64,000 nucleotides of DNA. Source: an uncultured delta proteobacterium. GTDB taxonomy: Bacteria; Desulfobacterota; Binatia; UBA9968. Shown here one piece after another: positions 9,048 through 19,552 of the stretch. Position 1 is the first letter of the stretch. Each line of letters starts with the position of its first letter. Where the stretch lies: contig CAVYTU010000002.1 of NCBI GenBank assembly GCA_963771465.1, positions 64,001 to 128,000 of the forward strand. Direction: 5' to 3'. Under the pieces are notes generated by a model, which was not told the DNA's origin, made no database searches, and worked only from the letters and a program-made list of their open reading frames with translations. Both the position numbers and the translations under genes were made by a program.

Positions 9048-11075
9048 ATGGATTTGGTCAGCGCGCTCTTTTCCGGACTCCTTCAAGTTTTCAACTGGTC
9101 GACATTTAGCTTGATGATTGTTGGAATTGCTGTCGGCTTCGTCGTCGGCATCCTTCCCGGCCTCGGTGGACCGACGGCGATGGCGCTCATGTTGCCGTTT
9201 GTTTTTAAGATGAACGCCGTCGAAGCCTTCGCCTTCCTATTGGGTATGACGGCGGTCACGGCGACTACCGGCGATATTACATCCGTACTATTTGGCGTTC
9301 CCGGTGAGCCGACCACTGCGTCGACCATCGTCGATGGCCATGCCATGGCACGCAATGGGGAGGCGGGCAGAGCGCTAGGCGCCGTTCTGATGAGTTCCTT
9401 GGTGGGAGCCATATTCGGCGCCGTTGCTATCGCCGTCGCCATCCCGATTGTACGTCCACTCGTGCTCTCCTTCGGTTCACCCGAATTCTTCATGCTCTCA
9501 CTGTTGGGGATTTCCTTCGTGGCGGCCCTTAGCGGTGAGGATGTGCTTAAAGGCATCGTCTCGGGGGGGATCGGATTGATGTTCGCGACTATCGGTCTCG
9601 ATCCGATCTCGGGTATTCAGCGTTACACCTTCGGTCAACTATTTCTTTGGGACGGGATCGGACTCGTTCCTATTACGATCGGCTTTTACGCCATTCCCGA
9701 AACCATCGAGCTGGCCGTGCTAGGAACCAGTATTTCTACTCAGAAGGTCGGAAAACTCGGCGGCGTCATGGAAGGCGTCAAGGACACGTTCCGTCACTGG
9801 TGGCTGGTCATCCGCTGCAGTGCGCTTGGCACATTCATGGCGATCATTCCCGGAATGGGAGCGGCTACCACCCAGTGGCTGTCCTACGCTCACGCGGTGC
9901 AAAGCTCACCGAATAAAGAACGTTTCGGAAAAGGAGATGTTCGCGGGGTGTTGGGTCCCGGCGCGGCAAACAACTCGACGCTCGGCGGGAGCTTGATTAC
10001 GACCATCGCTTTCGGCGTACCGGCTAGCGTCATCATGGCAATTCTCCTGGGTGCGTTTATCATCCAAGGTATCGTTCCCGGCCCTGACATGCTGATCCCT
10101 CCACCAAAGGGCAAACTCGATCTAACTTTTTCCTTCGTCTGGGTCATCATCATTTCTAATATAATTACCGTAGCGGTCTGCTTTCTGTTTTTGGAACCCC
10201 TAGCGAAAGTCACTCAGGTTCGTGGCGGCATCATCATCCCGATCATTCTGGTCTTAATCTATCTCGGCGCCTTCGCGGAGAAAAATGCTTTCGAAGACAT
10301 GATCATCGTACTCTTCTTTGGCGGCCTCGGTTGGATCATGGAGAAATTGGCATGGCCACGGCCGCCCGTGTTGTTGGGACTTGTGCTTGGCCCGCTGGCT
10401 GAGAACCGGCTTTTCTTATCCACCGACAATTATGGCTTGGCCTGGCTGCATAGGCCGGGGGTAATGGTAATCTTCGCGTTAACGCTTTTTGGTGTCTTCT
10501 ATCCAATGATAAAGAGCCGGCGGGAAGCGCGCGCAAAGGCCGCTCAACAACCTGTCACCCAGGCTCGCTCCGCCGAGGCTACAGCGCGACAATTACACTT
10601 TGGCGCGGCGACTGCGTATACGTTCACCGTTATAGTGCTGCTCTCGCTCGCACTCTGGCAGAGCCGCAACTTCGGTTTTCGCGCCGGCCTGTTTCCATGG
10701 GCCATCGGCATTCCAACCCTCATTTTGGCGATCGCTCAGCTCGGCCGGGACCTCTACGGCAAGAAGAAGACCGCTGCGGCGTCATTGATTGAAAACGTCG
10801 AAGAGAAAATCGATCCCGCCGTGATGCAGCAACGCACCATTGAGGTGATCCTTTGGACCATCGGCTTTTTCTTGGCCATTTGGCTCCTCGGGTTTACCTA
10901 TGCCGTGCCGCTAACGATCCTGCTTTATCTAAAATTCGCCGGCAAAGAGAGTTGGCTAATGACGGCGCTGGTAACTTTTTTCGCCTGGCTGTTTTACTGG
11001 GGCCTGTTCGAGAAGCTGCTCAACGTGCCGTTCCCGGAAGGGCTACTGATCGGTCTGATCAAAGGCGGACAGTAG
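9048..11075 (+). CDS. tctA: Tripartite tricarboxylate transporter permease TctA fused to C-terminal TctB
   Basis: GILPGLG, GVPG, GAANNS, PPVLLGLVLG TctA motifs plus ~170 aa C-terminal multi-TM domain ending LFEKLLNVPFPEG (TctB-like). Confidence 0.88.
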   Translation: MDLVSALFSGLLQVFNWSTFSLMIVGIAVGFVVGILPGLGGPTAMALMLPFVFKMNAVEAFAFLLGMTAVTATTGDITSVLFGVPGEPTTASTIVDGHAMARNGEAGRALGAVLMSSLVGAIFGAVAIAVAIPIVRPLVLSFGSPEFFMLSLLGISFVAALSGEDVLKGIVSGGIGLMFATIGLDPISGIQRYTFGQLFLWDGIGLVPITIGFYAIPETIELAVLGTSISTQKVGKLGGVMEGVKDTFRHWWLVIRCSALGTFMAIIPGMGAATTQWLSYAHAVQSSPNKERFGKGDVRGVLGPGAANNSTLGGSLITTIAFGVPASVIMAILLGAFIIQGIVPGPDMLIPPPKGKLDLTFSFVWVIIISNIITVAVCFLFLEPLAKVTQVRGGIIIPIILVLIYLGAFAEKNAFEDMIIVLFFGGLGWIMEKLAWPRPPVLLGLVLGPLAENRLFLSTDNYGLAWLHRPGVMVIFALTLFGVFYPMIKSRREARAKAAQQPVTQARSAEATARQLHFGAATAYTFTVIVLLSLALWQSRNFGFRAGLFPWAIGIPTLILAIAQLGRDLYGKKKTAAASLIENVEEKIDPAVMQQRTIEVILWTIGFFLAIWLLGFTYAVPLTILLYLKFAGKESWLMTALVTFFAWLFYWGLFEKLLNVPFPEGLLIGLIKGGQ

Positions 11076-11095
11076 GGGAGCGCCTAGCAGAAGCT

Positions 11096-11177
11096 AGATG
11101 TCGGAAGTCAGAGGTCAAAAGTCAGTATCCTATTTGGATGCAGTGCTGATCTCTGACATCTGATCTCGGATCTCTGG
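11096..11177. repeat. 7-mer tandem/inverted repeat hairpin
   Basis: agatgtc-ggaagtc-agaggtc-aaaagtc arm versus ctgatct-ctgacat-ctgatct arm, between convergent genes. Confidence 0.65.
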
Positions 11178-11181
11178 TTCG

Positions 11182-13497
11182 TCAATCGCTTATTTCAGCT
11201 CGCGCTACCAATCCGCGCCAGACCTTCTCCGGCGTGAGCGGCAAATCATACAAACGTAGTCCGGTCGCGCGATAGAGCGCATTGCCGATCGCCGCGGCGA
11301 CCGGCAATAACCCGCCCTCGCCCGTACCCTTCGAACCGAACGGGCCGGGACCGTTCTCGCTTTCAACTAAGATCGTTTCGAAATCCTTCGGCAAGTCGTT
11401 GAAACTCGGGATCCGATAATCGACCAGATTGGGATTCAATAGCTGGCCGTCCCGGTAAATCATTTCTTCCATCAAACTGTGACCGATGGCGTTCATGACG
11501 CCACCCTCGTCCTGCCCTTCGCAGAGCACCGGGTGGATCGCTTTGCCGACGTCGGCGAGAGAAACATATTTGAGCAATTTTACTTCGCCGGTGTCCGGGT
11601 CGACCTCGACTTCAGCGCCGCCCCAACTGATCTCCCAAAAATTGGTCGGCGACCCGAGCGCCGCCTTTGCGCTCTTGATCGATTGATAGGCGCCGCGGCC
11701 GATCATCTCGCCGGAGCGCGACAAGAAAACTTTCTGCATCAATTCGGTGAAGGTCAGCGTCTGGTTCTTGGCGCCGACAATCTTACCGTCGCGAAGAGCC
11801 AGTCGTTGCGCTTTGGTTTTGAGAATCTTCGCCGCGTGGCGCAAGATTTGCCGCTTTAAGTCCTGTGACGCGCGCTGCACCGACAAGCCCATCACCACCG
11901 TCGAGCTGCTCGCGTTGGTGTTGACGTCGTAGGGCGTCACGTCCGTATCAAGCTCGGCTACGGTTACGGCATCGAAGGGAATACCGAGTTCCTCGGCGAC
12001 CACTTGGCTGAGCGCCGTGCGCGCCCCTTGGCCGATTTCGACCGTGCCGGTCAATAAAACGACGCTACCGTCGGCGCTCATCTTGACTGCTGCGGATGAC
12101 ACTTTGTAGGTGCCGCCGCCGTCTTTCATGCAAACGGCAAGGCCTTTGCCCAATCGTTTACCTGGGCCAGGCTTGCGGCTTTTTAGTCCCCAACCGATCT
12201 CTTCGGCGGCCTGCAGCAAGCCGGCTTTGAGATCGCAATCCACCGGTGTGTCTCCCGGCGTGTAAAGTTCGCCTTTCTTTAAAAGATTCTTAAGCCGAAA
12301 ATCGAGCGGGTCGAGACCGAGCTTTTCGGCGATAATGTCCATCTGCGACTCGTAGGCCCAGGTAACCTGCAAAGTGCCGAAGCCGCGATAGGCGCCGGCC
12401 GGCACAGTGTTGGTGTAAACCGTATAGGCATCGGTCTTCATATGAGCCAAACGATAGGGCCCAAAGCAGCGATAGCCGGCTTTCTGCGTCACCCGCGGAC
12501 CGGCATCGGCGTAGGCGCCGGTTTCCATGTGAATAACGCACTGGCGCGCCACCAGCTTGCCGTCCTGGTTAACGCCGGTTTTGATCCGCACCCGGGCCGG
12601 ATGGCGGGTGATGGTTTTAAAACTTTCTTCAATCGTATGCGCCAAGCGCACCGGCCGCTTGGCCTTCCAAGACAACACCGCCGCCAGCGGTTCGGTCTTG
12701 ACCGCCAGCTTGCCGCCGTAGCCACCGCCGACATAGGGCACGATGACGCGAATCTTGTTCAGCGGTAGATGAAAAATATCGGCGAGATGTTCGCGCAAGG
12801 TAAACGGCTCCTGCGTGCCGGCCCACAGCGTCAGGCGATCGCCTTCGAAGTGCGCCACCGTGGCGTGCGGTTCCATCGCAAGATGCTGCACCCGCGGAAA
12901 AGTAAATGTGTTCTCGAAAACATGATCGGCCTGTTTGAAGCCGGCTTCGACATCGCCATTGGCGTAACTGAAACGATAACAGAGATTGGTGCCGCTGAAT
13001 TCCTTGGGCGCCTCGTAATGTTGCCCCATGAGCTCGCCGCCGCTGGCCGAGTATTCGTGCACCAGCGGCGCGCCGGGCGCCATCGCCTCATCCAAACTCG
13101 TCACCGACGGCAACTCTTGGTAATCAATTTCGATCATTTCCAACGCTGCGTTCGCCGTCGCTTCATCGACCGCGGCCACCGCCGCCACCGGATCGCCGGC
13201 GTAGCGCGCTTTATCGACGGCGACGATGGTTTGATCCTTATACGCGGCGCCGAACATGCGGATATTTTTCTGATCGTCGCGGGTGATTACCGCATAGACG
13301 CCGGCCAGCTTTTCCGCCTTGCTGCCGTCGACGCGAAGGATGCGCGCATGGGCGTAGGGACTGCGCAATATCTTGCCATGGGCCATGCCCGGCAGTTCGA
13401 CATCGACCGTGTAAAGCGCGTGGCCGGTAACTTTCTCCGCGCCGTCCGAGCGCGCTTCGGCTTTGCCGATAACTTTGTACGTCTGTGCTTTCTTCAT
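11182..13497 (-). CDS. Xanthine dehydrogenase family molybdopterin-binding subunit
   Basis: LRSPYAHA, GGGYGGK, AYRGFG, EIGQG, GSKGTGE motifs. Confidence 0.92.
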   Translation of the reverse strand: MKKAQTYKVIGKAEARSDGAEKVTGHALYTVDVELPGMAHGKILRSPYAHARILRVDGSKAEKLAGVYAVITRDDQKNIRMFGAAYKDQTIVAVDKARYAGDPVAAVAAVDEATANAALEMIEIDYQELPSVTSLDEAMAPGAPLVHEYSASGGELMGQHYEAPKEFSGTNLCYRFSYANGDVEAGFKQADHVFENTFTFPRVQHLAMEPHATVAHFEGDRLTLWAGTQEPFTLREHLADIFHLPLNKIRVIVPYVGGGYGGKLAVKTEPLAAVLSWKAKRPVRLAHTIEESFKTITRHPARVRIKTGVNQDGKLVARQCVIHMETGAYADAGPRVTQKAGYRCFGPYRLAHMKTDAYTVYTNTVPAGAYRGFGTLQVTWAYESQMDIIAEKLGLDPLDFRLKNLLKKGELYTPGDTPVDCDLKAGLLQAAEEIGWGLKSRKPGPGKRLGKGLAVCMKDGGGTYKVSSAAVKMSADGSVVLLTGTVEIGQGARTALSQVVAEELGIPFDAVTVAELDTDVTPYDVNTNASSSTVVMGLSVQRASQDLKRQILRHAAKILKTKAQRLALRDGKIVGAKNQTLTFTELMQKVFLSRSGEMIGRGAYQSIKSAKAALGSPTNFWEISWGGAEVEVDPDTGEVKLLKYVSLADVGKAIHPVLCEGQDEGGVMNAIGHSLMEEMIYRDGQLLNPNLVDYRIPSFNDLPKDFETILVESENGPGPFGSKGTGEGGLLPVAAAIGNALYRATGLRLYDLPLTPEKVWRGLVARAEISD

Positions 13498-13506
13498 CCA
13501 CCAACC

Positions 13507-14829
13507 TCAATGGCTAAATTTGTTCTTCACCCACGCGAGAGCGTCTTCCCGAGTGACTAATTCGCCACCGAGCTGAGCATCTTCCACCTGATGTAAGATT
13601 TGTCCGAACAACGGGCCCGGTTTGAAGCCCATTTCGATCAAGTCGCCGCCGCGCAGCAGCGGCTCAGGGCGAATCTCCTCGTCCTTGAGTTGCGCCAGCC
13701 GCTCGGTGCAAAATCGGTAATACTGTAAATCGCCGTTGGACGACAACGCATCGATGCGCGCCAATTCGAGCAGCTCGTCGATGCCCTCTTCGCGCAAGAA
13801 TCGCTTGAGCGTGCTCAAGCGCATCTGCGGTGCTTGCACCGGGCGCAAGTGATTGTGGACGAGATAAGCGACCCGCTCCCAAACGGCGCGCCCGCGTTTC
13901 AAGCGCTTGAGAATCTCCTCGGCCATCGCCACGCCCTGCTCGGTGTGGCCGTAAAAAGTTATCCGGTTGCCCTCCTGCCGTATACAAACCGGCTTGGCAA
14001 CATCGTGCAACAGACAGCCGTAGGCTAGCGTTTCGGACGGCGCATCCAAGTGGCTAAGCAGCAATAACGTGTGCGCGAAGACATCGCCCTCCGGATGATA
14101 ATCCGGACTCTGCACGGTCGTTTTCATCGCGACGATTTCTGGCAAGAGCGCAGCGAGCAAACCGCTCTCATCCAACAACTCAAAACCGCGCCGGGCGCCG
14201 CCCTCGGTAAGTATTCGCGTCACTTCATCGCCGATACGTTCCCATGAAACCTGCGTAACGGCGGTCGCCGACTGGCGAATCGCTTCGAACGTTGCCGGAT
14301 CAATGGCGAATTTCAGGCCAGCGGCGAATCGCAGCGCGCGAATCATGCGCAGTCGGTCTTCTTCGAAGCGCGCCTGCGGGTTGCCAATGGCGCGGATGAC
14401 GCGCCGCTCGAGGTCGTTTTGGCCATCGACCAAATCGATGACACGATCGTCGATGGGATCGTAAATCATTCCGTTGATGGTAAAGTCGCGACGCCGGACG
14501 TCTTCCTCGAGACTGCCGTAGCGCACATGGCTCGGGTGGCGGCCGTCCAAATACGGCCCGTCGTGACGAAAGCTCGCGACTTCGAAAGGCGTGCCGTCGA
14601 TGAGCACAAGTATCACGCCAAACTGCGCGCCGACGGGGAGGGTATCTGGAAAGATGCGCTGAATGTCTTCAGGTCGCGCGGCGGTGGCGATGTCGTAATC
14701 CTGGGGCTCTTTTTTGAGCAACATATCGCGCACGCAGCCGCCGGCGAGATAAGCCTCATAACCTTCGCGCCGCAGCCGTTTAAGGATAAAGACGGCGCTT
14801 TCACGCGCCGATGAATTTGCTAAAGCCAC
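13507..14829 (-). CDS. cca: CCA tRNA nucleotidyltransferase with HD domain
   Basis: GGCVRD, DYDIAT, RRDFTIN, EDRLRMIRALRF, LLHDVAKP. Confidence 0.85.
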   Translation of the reverse strand: MALANSSARESAVFILKRLRREGYEAYLAGGCVRDMLLKKEPQDYDIATAARPEDIQRIFPDTLPVGAQFGVILVLIDGTPFEVASFRHDGPYLDGRHPSHVRYGSLEEDVRRRDFTINGMIYDPIDDRVIDLVDGQNDLERRVIRAIGNPQARFEEDRLRMIRALRFAAGLKFAIDPATFEAIRQSATAVTQVSWERIGDEVTRILTEGGARRGFELLDESGLLAALLPEIVAMKTTVQSPDYHPEGDVFAHTLLLLSHLDAPSETLAYGCLLHDVAKPVCIRQEGNRITFYGHTEQGVAMAEEILKRLKRGRAVWERVAYLVHNHLRPVQAPQMRLSTLKRFLREEGIDELLELARIDALSSNGDLQYYRFCTERLAQLKDEEIRPEPLLRGGDLIEMGFKPGPLFGQILHQVEDAQLGGELVTREDALAWVKNKFSH

Positions 14830-14869
14830 AATCGATGGATACTCGATTGGCAGTCAAAAAGGTAGCGGC

Positions 14870-15256
14870 CTAGAGCGGAAACGTGGTGCTGGTGGAAGGA
14901 ATCATCTCGCGTACTTTTGTTTGCAGCTCTTGAAAAGTAAACGGCTTGACGATGTAGCCGTTACAACCCGCCGCAGTGCAGGCGCTGAGATCGGCATCGC
15001 GAAAAAGCGCGGTGGCGGCGAGGATTGGAGTCGTTTTCATATCGTCATGGGCGCGAATTTGCCGCGCCACTTCCCAGCCGTCCATCTCGGGCATCATGAT
15101 ATCCAAAATGATCAGTTCGGGCTTTTCACTGAGCGCCATTTCCACGCCTTCCTTACCTTGTCTGGCGGTGATGGGCGTGAACCCCATCAGCTCGATCTGC
15201 CAACAGAGCAGCTCGCGCATGTCCGAGTGATCTTCAATGATGAGAATTTTTTTCAT
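14870..15256 (-). CDS. Single-domain response regulator
   Basis: IIEDH, LDIMMPEMDG, KPF receiver motifs. Confidence 0.9.
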   Translation of the reverse strand: MKKILIIEDHSDMRELLCWQIELMGFTPITARQGKEGVEMALSEKPELIILDIMMPEMDGWEVARQIRAHDDMKTTPILAATALFRDADLSACTAAGCNGYIVKPFTFQELQTKVREMIPSTSTTFPL

Positions 15257-15470
15257 GGTTGGGGGCTCTGGCCTGTTGCAGAGGGAGTTTAAATCTTTAT
15301 GCCTGCAAGGCAGCCCAACTATGCCGCAGCGTAATTGTCGCTGTCAAGCAAAGTCGCGAAATTATCCTGCGTGTGAATCGCAGTTACAAACTGCGTCGCC
15401 GCGTTGCGCGGTAGGGCTCGATGGATGCGCTGGAATCGCGCCGATTCGAATCGGCAATATTTTCAGGATT

Positions 15471-16794
15471 TTAGTTTGGCGTGATTTTCTTTTGATTGGC
15501 GACGATGACGGTAATGAGCTTGTCAGGCTGCAAGAATTGCTTGGCCACGCGCTGAACATCCTCGCGGCTCACTTTGCGGACCAGCTCGGCATAGCGATCG
15601 GGGAAATCGAGACCGAGGCCGAAATATTCCACCAGCGTCAAAAAACCGGCGACCTTGCGATTGGTGTCGAACCGTAGGGCAAAACTGCCAACCAAGTACT
15701 CTTTGGCATCGTTCAATTCCTGTTCGCTCACCGGTTGCTCGCGAATCTTGCGGATTTCTTCGCGGGCGATGCGAATCGCTTCCTCGGCCGAATCGTTTTT
15801 CGTCTGCATGACGAATTGAAACGAGCCGTGACTTTTATCCGCGCCGAATAAGCTATAGACCGAGTACGCCAAGCCGCGCTCGTTACGGATCGAATCCATG
15901 GCCCGGGACGAAAAACCGCCGCCGCCGAGAATATAGTTCATCACTTGGATCGCATAGTAATCGGCGTGGCCGCGTGGCACGCCGGCGTGGCCAAGTATAA
16001 TATTGGCCTGGGTCAAATCTTTATTGATCCGCAGTGTCTGCACGGCACCGATTTGGCTCGGCGCCGATGGCGCTGCGCCCTCCGCGCCTTTGGTCCAACC
16101 GCGGAAAGCTTTATTGAGCGCCTGGGTAATTTCTGTTTCCGAAACATCGCCGACCACCGCCATGATCGAACGATTGGGCCGGTAGTAGCGCGTGAAGAAG
16201 TCCTTCAAGCTCTGCGCTTGCAAGCTTTTCACCGAAGTTTCGCTGCCTTCCACCGGCCGGCCGTAAGGACTCTGCGGAAACAGTGCTGCAGCGAATGCTC
16301 GGCCGGCAACCGTACCGGGATCTTCTTCCTGGGCTCTGATGCCAGCGATGATCGCTTGTTTTTGCCGGTCAATTTCATCCTGGGGAAACGTCGATGCGGT
16401 GAGAATCTCCGCTAACAATTCCAAACCGACCGCCAAATCCTTTTTGAGAATCGTCAGGCTCACGCTTGCGACATTCTCGCCCGCGCCGGTCGACAACCCT
16501 GCGCCGATGAAATCCAAAGTCTCGCTGATCTGCAAGGCGTTGCGTTTCTTGGTGCCGTAGATCAGCAACTTCGACGTCAAGATTTGCCAGTCCCGCTTGC
16601 TGCGCCGCTTCATGGCGCGAGCCAGCGTCGATCAATAATTCAAGCGCCACCATCGGCAGCGCGCGCTGCTCCGAAGTGAGCAACACCATGCCGTTGTTCA
16701 GCACCGAGCGTTTCGGCACCATGCCGGCGTCGGCGCGTGGTGCTAAGACAGCAAGCGCGAAGATCGCGATCAATCTTAGAAGAATTATTTTCAT
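15471..16794 (-). CDS. M16 peptidase, non-catalytic partner subunit (frameshift at ~16579)
   Basis: Signal peptide, GLANLT (no HxxEH), LGGGGFSSR, RNERGLAY; removing one T joins the two ORFs. Confidence 0.85.
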
Positions 16795-18116
16795 TGGGCC
16801 TTTTCTTTGGTTGGAATCAGCACGCCAACCGTGCGGTGGTCGCGATCGAGATATTTCTTTGCCACCCGGCGCACGTCCTCCCGCGTGACTTTGCGCATGC
16901 CGGCCAAATAACTTTCCATCTGGCGCCAGCCGCCGGTGATCTCGTAGTAGCCGATCTTCATCGCTTGGCCAAAAATCGAGTCTTGCGCGAACACAAAAGC
17001 CGCTTCGACTTGATTCTTGGCCTTTTGCAATTCTTTTTCGCTGACCAAATCGTTTCTGATTCTTTCCGTTTCGCGATCGATCTCGCGCTCCAAGTCCGCG
17101 GCGCTCTTTCCCGGCAAGAGTTGCGCGCTGATCGAGAATCCCGTCGGATCGATCGACACGGCGCTATAGTCGGCGTCAATGCCGTTGGCCAAGCGCTTCT
17201 TGTAAACCAATTCGTGATGCAAACGCGAGCTGCGCCCGCCGGCGAGTACGACTGAGAGTAGATCCAATGCGAAGCTATCAGGATTTTTCAAATTGGGCGC
17301 GTGATAATACATCATGATGAACGGCAACTCGGCTTCCTTCTTGAGCGTGACACGCCGCTCACCGCGCTGCTCCGGTTCGTTCACGTTGATCTTCGGCGCT
17401 TCGGCGCCGCGCGGGATATTGCCATAGGCCGCTTTGATCCTGGGCAACAGTTCCCCGGTGACAAAATCGCCGGTTACGACGATGAAAGCATTGTTGGGCG
17501 CGTAGTACAGTTTATAGAAGTCGACCAGATCCTGGCGCGTGAGATTTTGAATATCTTCCATCCAGCCGACCACCGGCCGGCGGTAAGGATGGACCGTGTA
17601 CGCCACCGCGCTCGCTACTTCGCCGAGCGCTGCCGCGGGATTGTCGTCGGTACGCAGCCGCCGCTCTTCCTGAATGACTTTTTTCTCCGGCTCGAAATAA
17701 GTTTCGCCCAACAACGCGTTGGCCATCCGGTCCGCTTCCAGTTCGAGCTGGATATGAATCTTCTCCCGGCTCATGGTGGCGAAATAAACCGTCATATCGG
17801 TGGAGGTAAATGCGTTGGAGCGGCCGCCATTTTTGGCGATGATGCGCGAATATTCCTCAGGCCCGGTGGTCGGCGTGCCCTTGAACAAAAAATGTTCGAG
17901 AAAATGCGCCAGGCCACTCTTGCCGTCTTTTTCGTTGCGCGAGCCGACCCGATACCAAACTTGGAACGTCACCGACGGACTTTTGTGATCCTCGAGCAAC
18001 AGCACTTTGAGGCCGTTGTCGAGGACAAATTCTTGAACCGCTTCGGCCTGAGCCGCGCTGACCGTGATCAATAAACTGAGCAGCCACGCGAGGTGAAAGA
18101 TCGATCGCTTTATCAT
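16791..18116 (-). CDS. M16 (pitrilysin) zinc peptidase, catalytic subunit
   Basis: Signal peptide, GLAHFLEHFLFKGT (HxxEH), NAFT, HPY. Confidence 0.92.
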   Translation of the reverse strand: MIKRSIFHLAWLLSLLITVSAAQAEAVQEFVLDNGLKVLLLEDHKSPSVTFQVWYRVGSRNEKDGKSGLAHFLEHFLFKGTPTTGPEEYSRIIAKNGGRSNAFTSTDMTVYFATMSREKIHIQLELEADRMANALLGETYFEPEKKVIQEERRLRTDDNPAAALGEVASAVAYTVHPYRRPVVGWMEDIQNLTRQDLVDFYKLYYAPNNAFIVVTGDFVTGELLPRIKAAYGNIPRGAEAPKINVNEPEQRGERRVTLKKEAELPFIMMYYHAPNLKNPDSFALDLLSVVLAGGRSSRLHHELVYKKRLANGIDADYSAVSIDPTGFSISAQLLPGKSAADLEREIDRETERIRNDLVSEKELQKAKNQVEAAFVFAQDSIFGQAMKIGYYEITGGWRQMESYLAGMRKVTREDVRRVAKKYLDRDHRTVGVLIPTKEKAQ

Positions 18117-18164
18117 TATGTTTAGAAACTAAAGGATGGCGGGCCAAAGTCAAGTTCGGCGGCG

Positions 18165-19418
18165 TCAAGTCGCGTTCGGCGTCGGACGCCGAGCCAAGAA
18201 AACCAGCAACGCCGAACAAAGATAAGATCCTGTGAAGCAGAAAAAAATCAGCCGATAATTGCCGTAGTAATCGAACGCCGCGCCGGCGAGCAGCGCGCCG
18301 ACTCCGAGGCCACCTTTGTGGAACGGGTCGAGAACGCTACTGATGGCGCCGAACGCACGCCTGCCGTAATATCGCGCGATGAGAATTTGTCCGAGCACCG
18401 CCGCGCCGCGCGCATTGGTGCCGAAAAGAATCGCAAAAATGAAAGCGGCGGCAGGTCCATCGACTTGCGTGAGAAAGGCCACCGTCGTGGCGGCGACCAC
18501 CATGGTCATGACGTTCAAGCCGCGCGCGCTAACTCGTTCCGCCAACGCGCCCCACATGCCGCTACCGAGCGCGCCGCAGAGCGCCATCGTGCTCACTGCG
18601 CCAGCAGCGATGGGCGCGGGAATATTCACGTCGGTAAAATAAGCCGCGGTGTGAAACGCGGTGCCGCCGGTGCCGACAGAGGCGAGGAATGAACTCGCCA
18701 CCAACAACCAAAGCGTACCCGTGCGCAACGCATCGGCGCGCTCCCAACTCGTCTCCGAGCTGGCAATCGCCGAATGGTGCTCGGATACATCGAGCTGGCG
18801 ATCGCTCGGAGCCATGCCGTCTGGAAACAATCCGAGATCCTCGGGCTGCCGGCGTAAAAATATCAAGCCGGGAATGACGACCATCAACCAAAGCGCTATG
18901 CCAAGGGCGAGAAACGCGCTGCGCCAGCCGTAATGCGTCACAAAAAATTGATAAATTAATGACAAGCCCGCCGATCCCAGCGGCGTCGCCATCGCGACTA
19001 ACCCCATGGCCCGTGGCCGCTTGAGATGAAACCAATTGGCCACCGCGGTAAAAGCGATCATGCCGCAAAGCAGAAACTCGGTGAGCGCCCGCGCCGGAAT
19101 AAACGTCGCATAAAATTGCCACGGCTCGGTGCTGGCGCTCACGCCAAAGGCGAGCAATCCCACCAACGCGCCGCCCAGCGGCAACAGCACCCGTGGCCCA
19201 AAACGATCAGCCAGCGGTCCAAACAACGGCGAAAGCAAACCGCCAGATAGCGAGCCGACGGTAATCGCCGCCGCCATCAGTGTTCTACTCCAGCCAAGAT
19301 CCTCGCTGATCGGTTTGAGCACCACGGCCATCGTGATGTTGCTCACCCCCGCCGCGAGCACGCCGGCAATCATCACGATTGCGACGATCACCCAGCCGTA
19401 AAAAAAGGGCAGCTGCAC
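18165..19418 (-). CDS. MFS transporter
   Basis: ~12 TM helices, GPLADRFGPR motif A. Confidence 0.9.
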   Translation of the reverse strand: MQLPFFYGWVIVAIVMIAGVLAAGVSNITMAVVLKPISEDLGWSRTLMAAAITVGSLSGGLLSPLFGPLADRFGPRVLLPLGGALVGLLAFGVSASTEPWQFYATFIPARALTEFLLCGMIAFTAVANWFHLKRPRAMGLVAMATPLGSAGLSLIYQFFVTHYGWRSAFLALGIALWLMVVIPGLIFLRRQPEDLGLFPDGMAPSDRQLDVSEHHSAIASSETSWERADALRTGTLWLLVASSFLASVGTGGTAFHTAAYFTDVNIPAPIAAGAVSTMALCGALGSGMWGALAERVSARGLNVMTMVVAATTVAFLTQVDGPAAAFIFAILFGTNARGAAVLGQILIARYYGRRAFGAISSVLDPFHKGGLGVGALLAGAAFDYYGNYRLIFFCFTGSYLCSALLVFLARRPTPNAT

Positions 19419-19500
19419 GAACCAGTCTTACTACACTTTAAGAAGGAATTTCACCGATAACGCTCAGCAGTTTGTCATCGACACGTCGCGCGACCGAGGA

Positions 19501-19529
19501 TTGACTCGCCTTTCCCTGCACCGTACTAT
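19501..19529 (+). promoter_or_regulatory. Sigma-70 promoter for the UbiD-family gene
   Basis: TTGACT-17 nt-TACTAT, followed by AGGAGG RBS. Confidence 0.7.
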
Positions 19530-19552
19530 GACCAACAATTTAGGAGGACATG

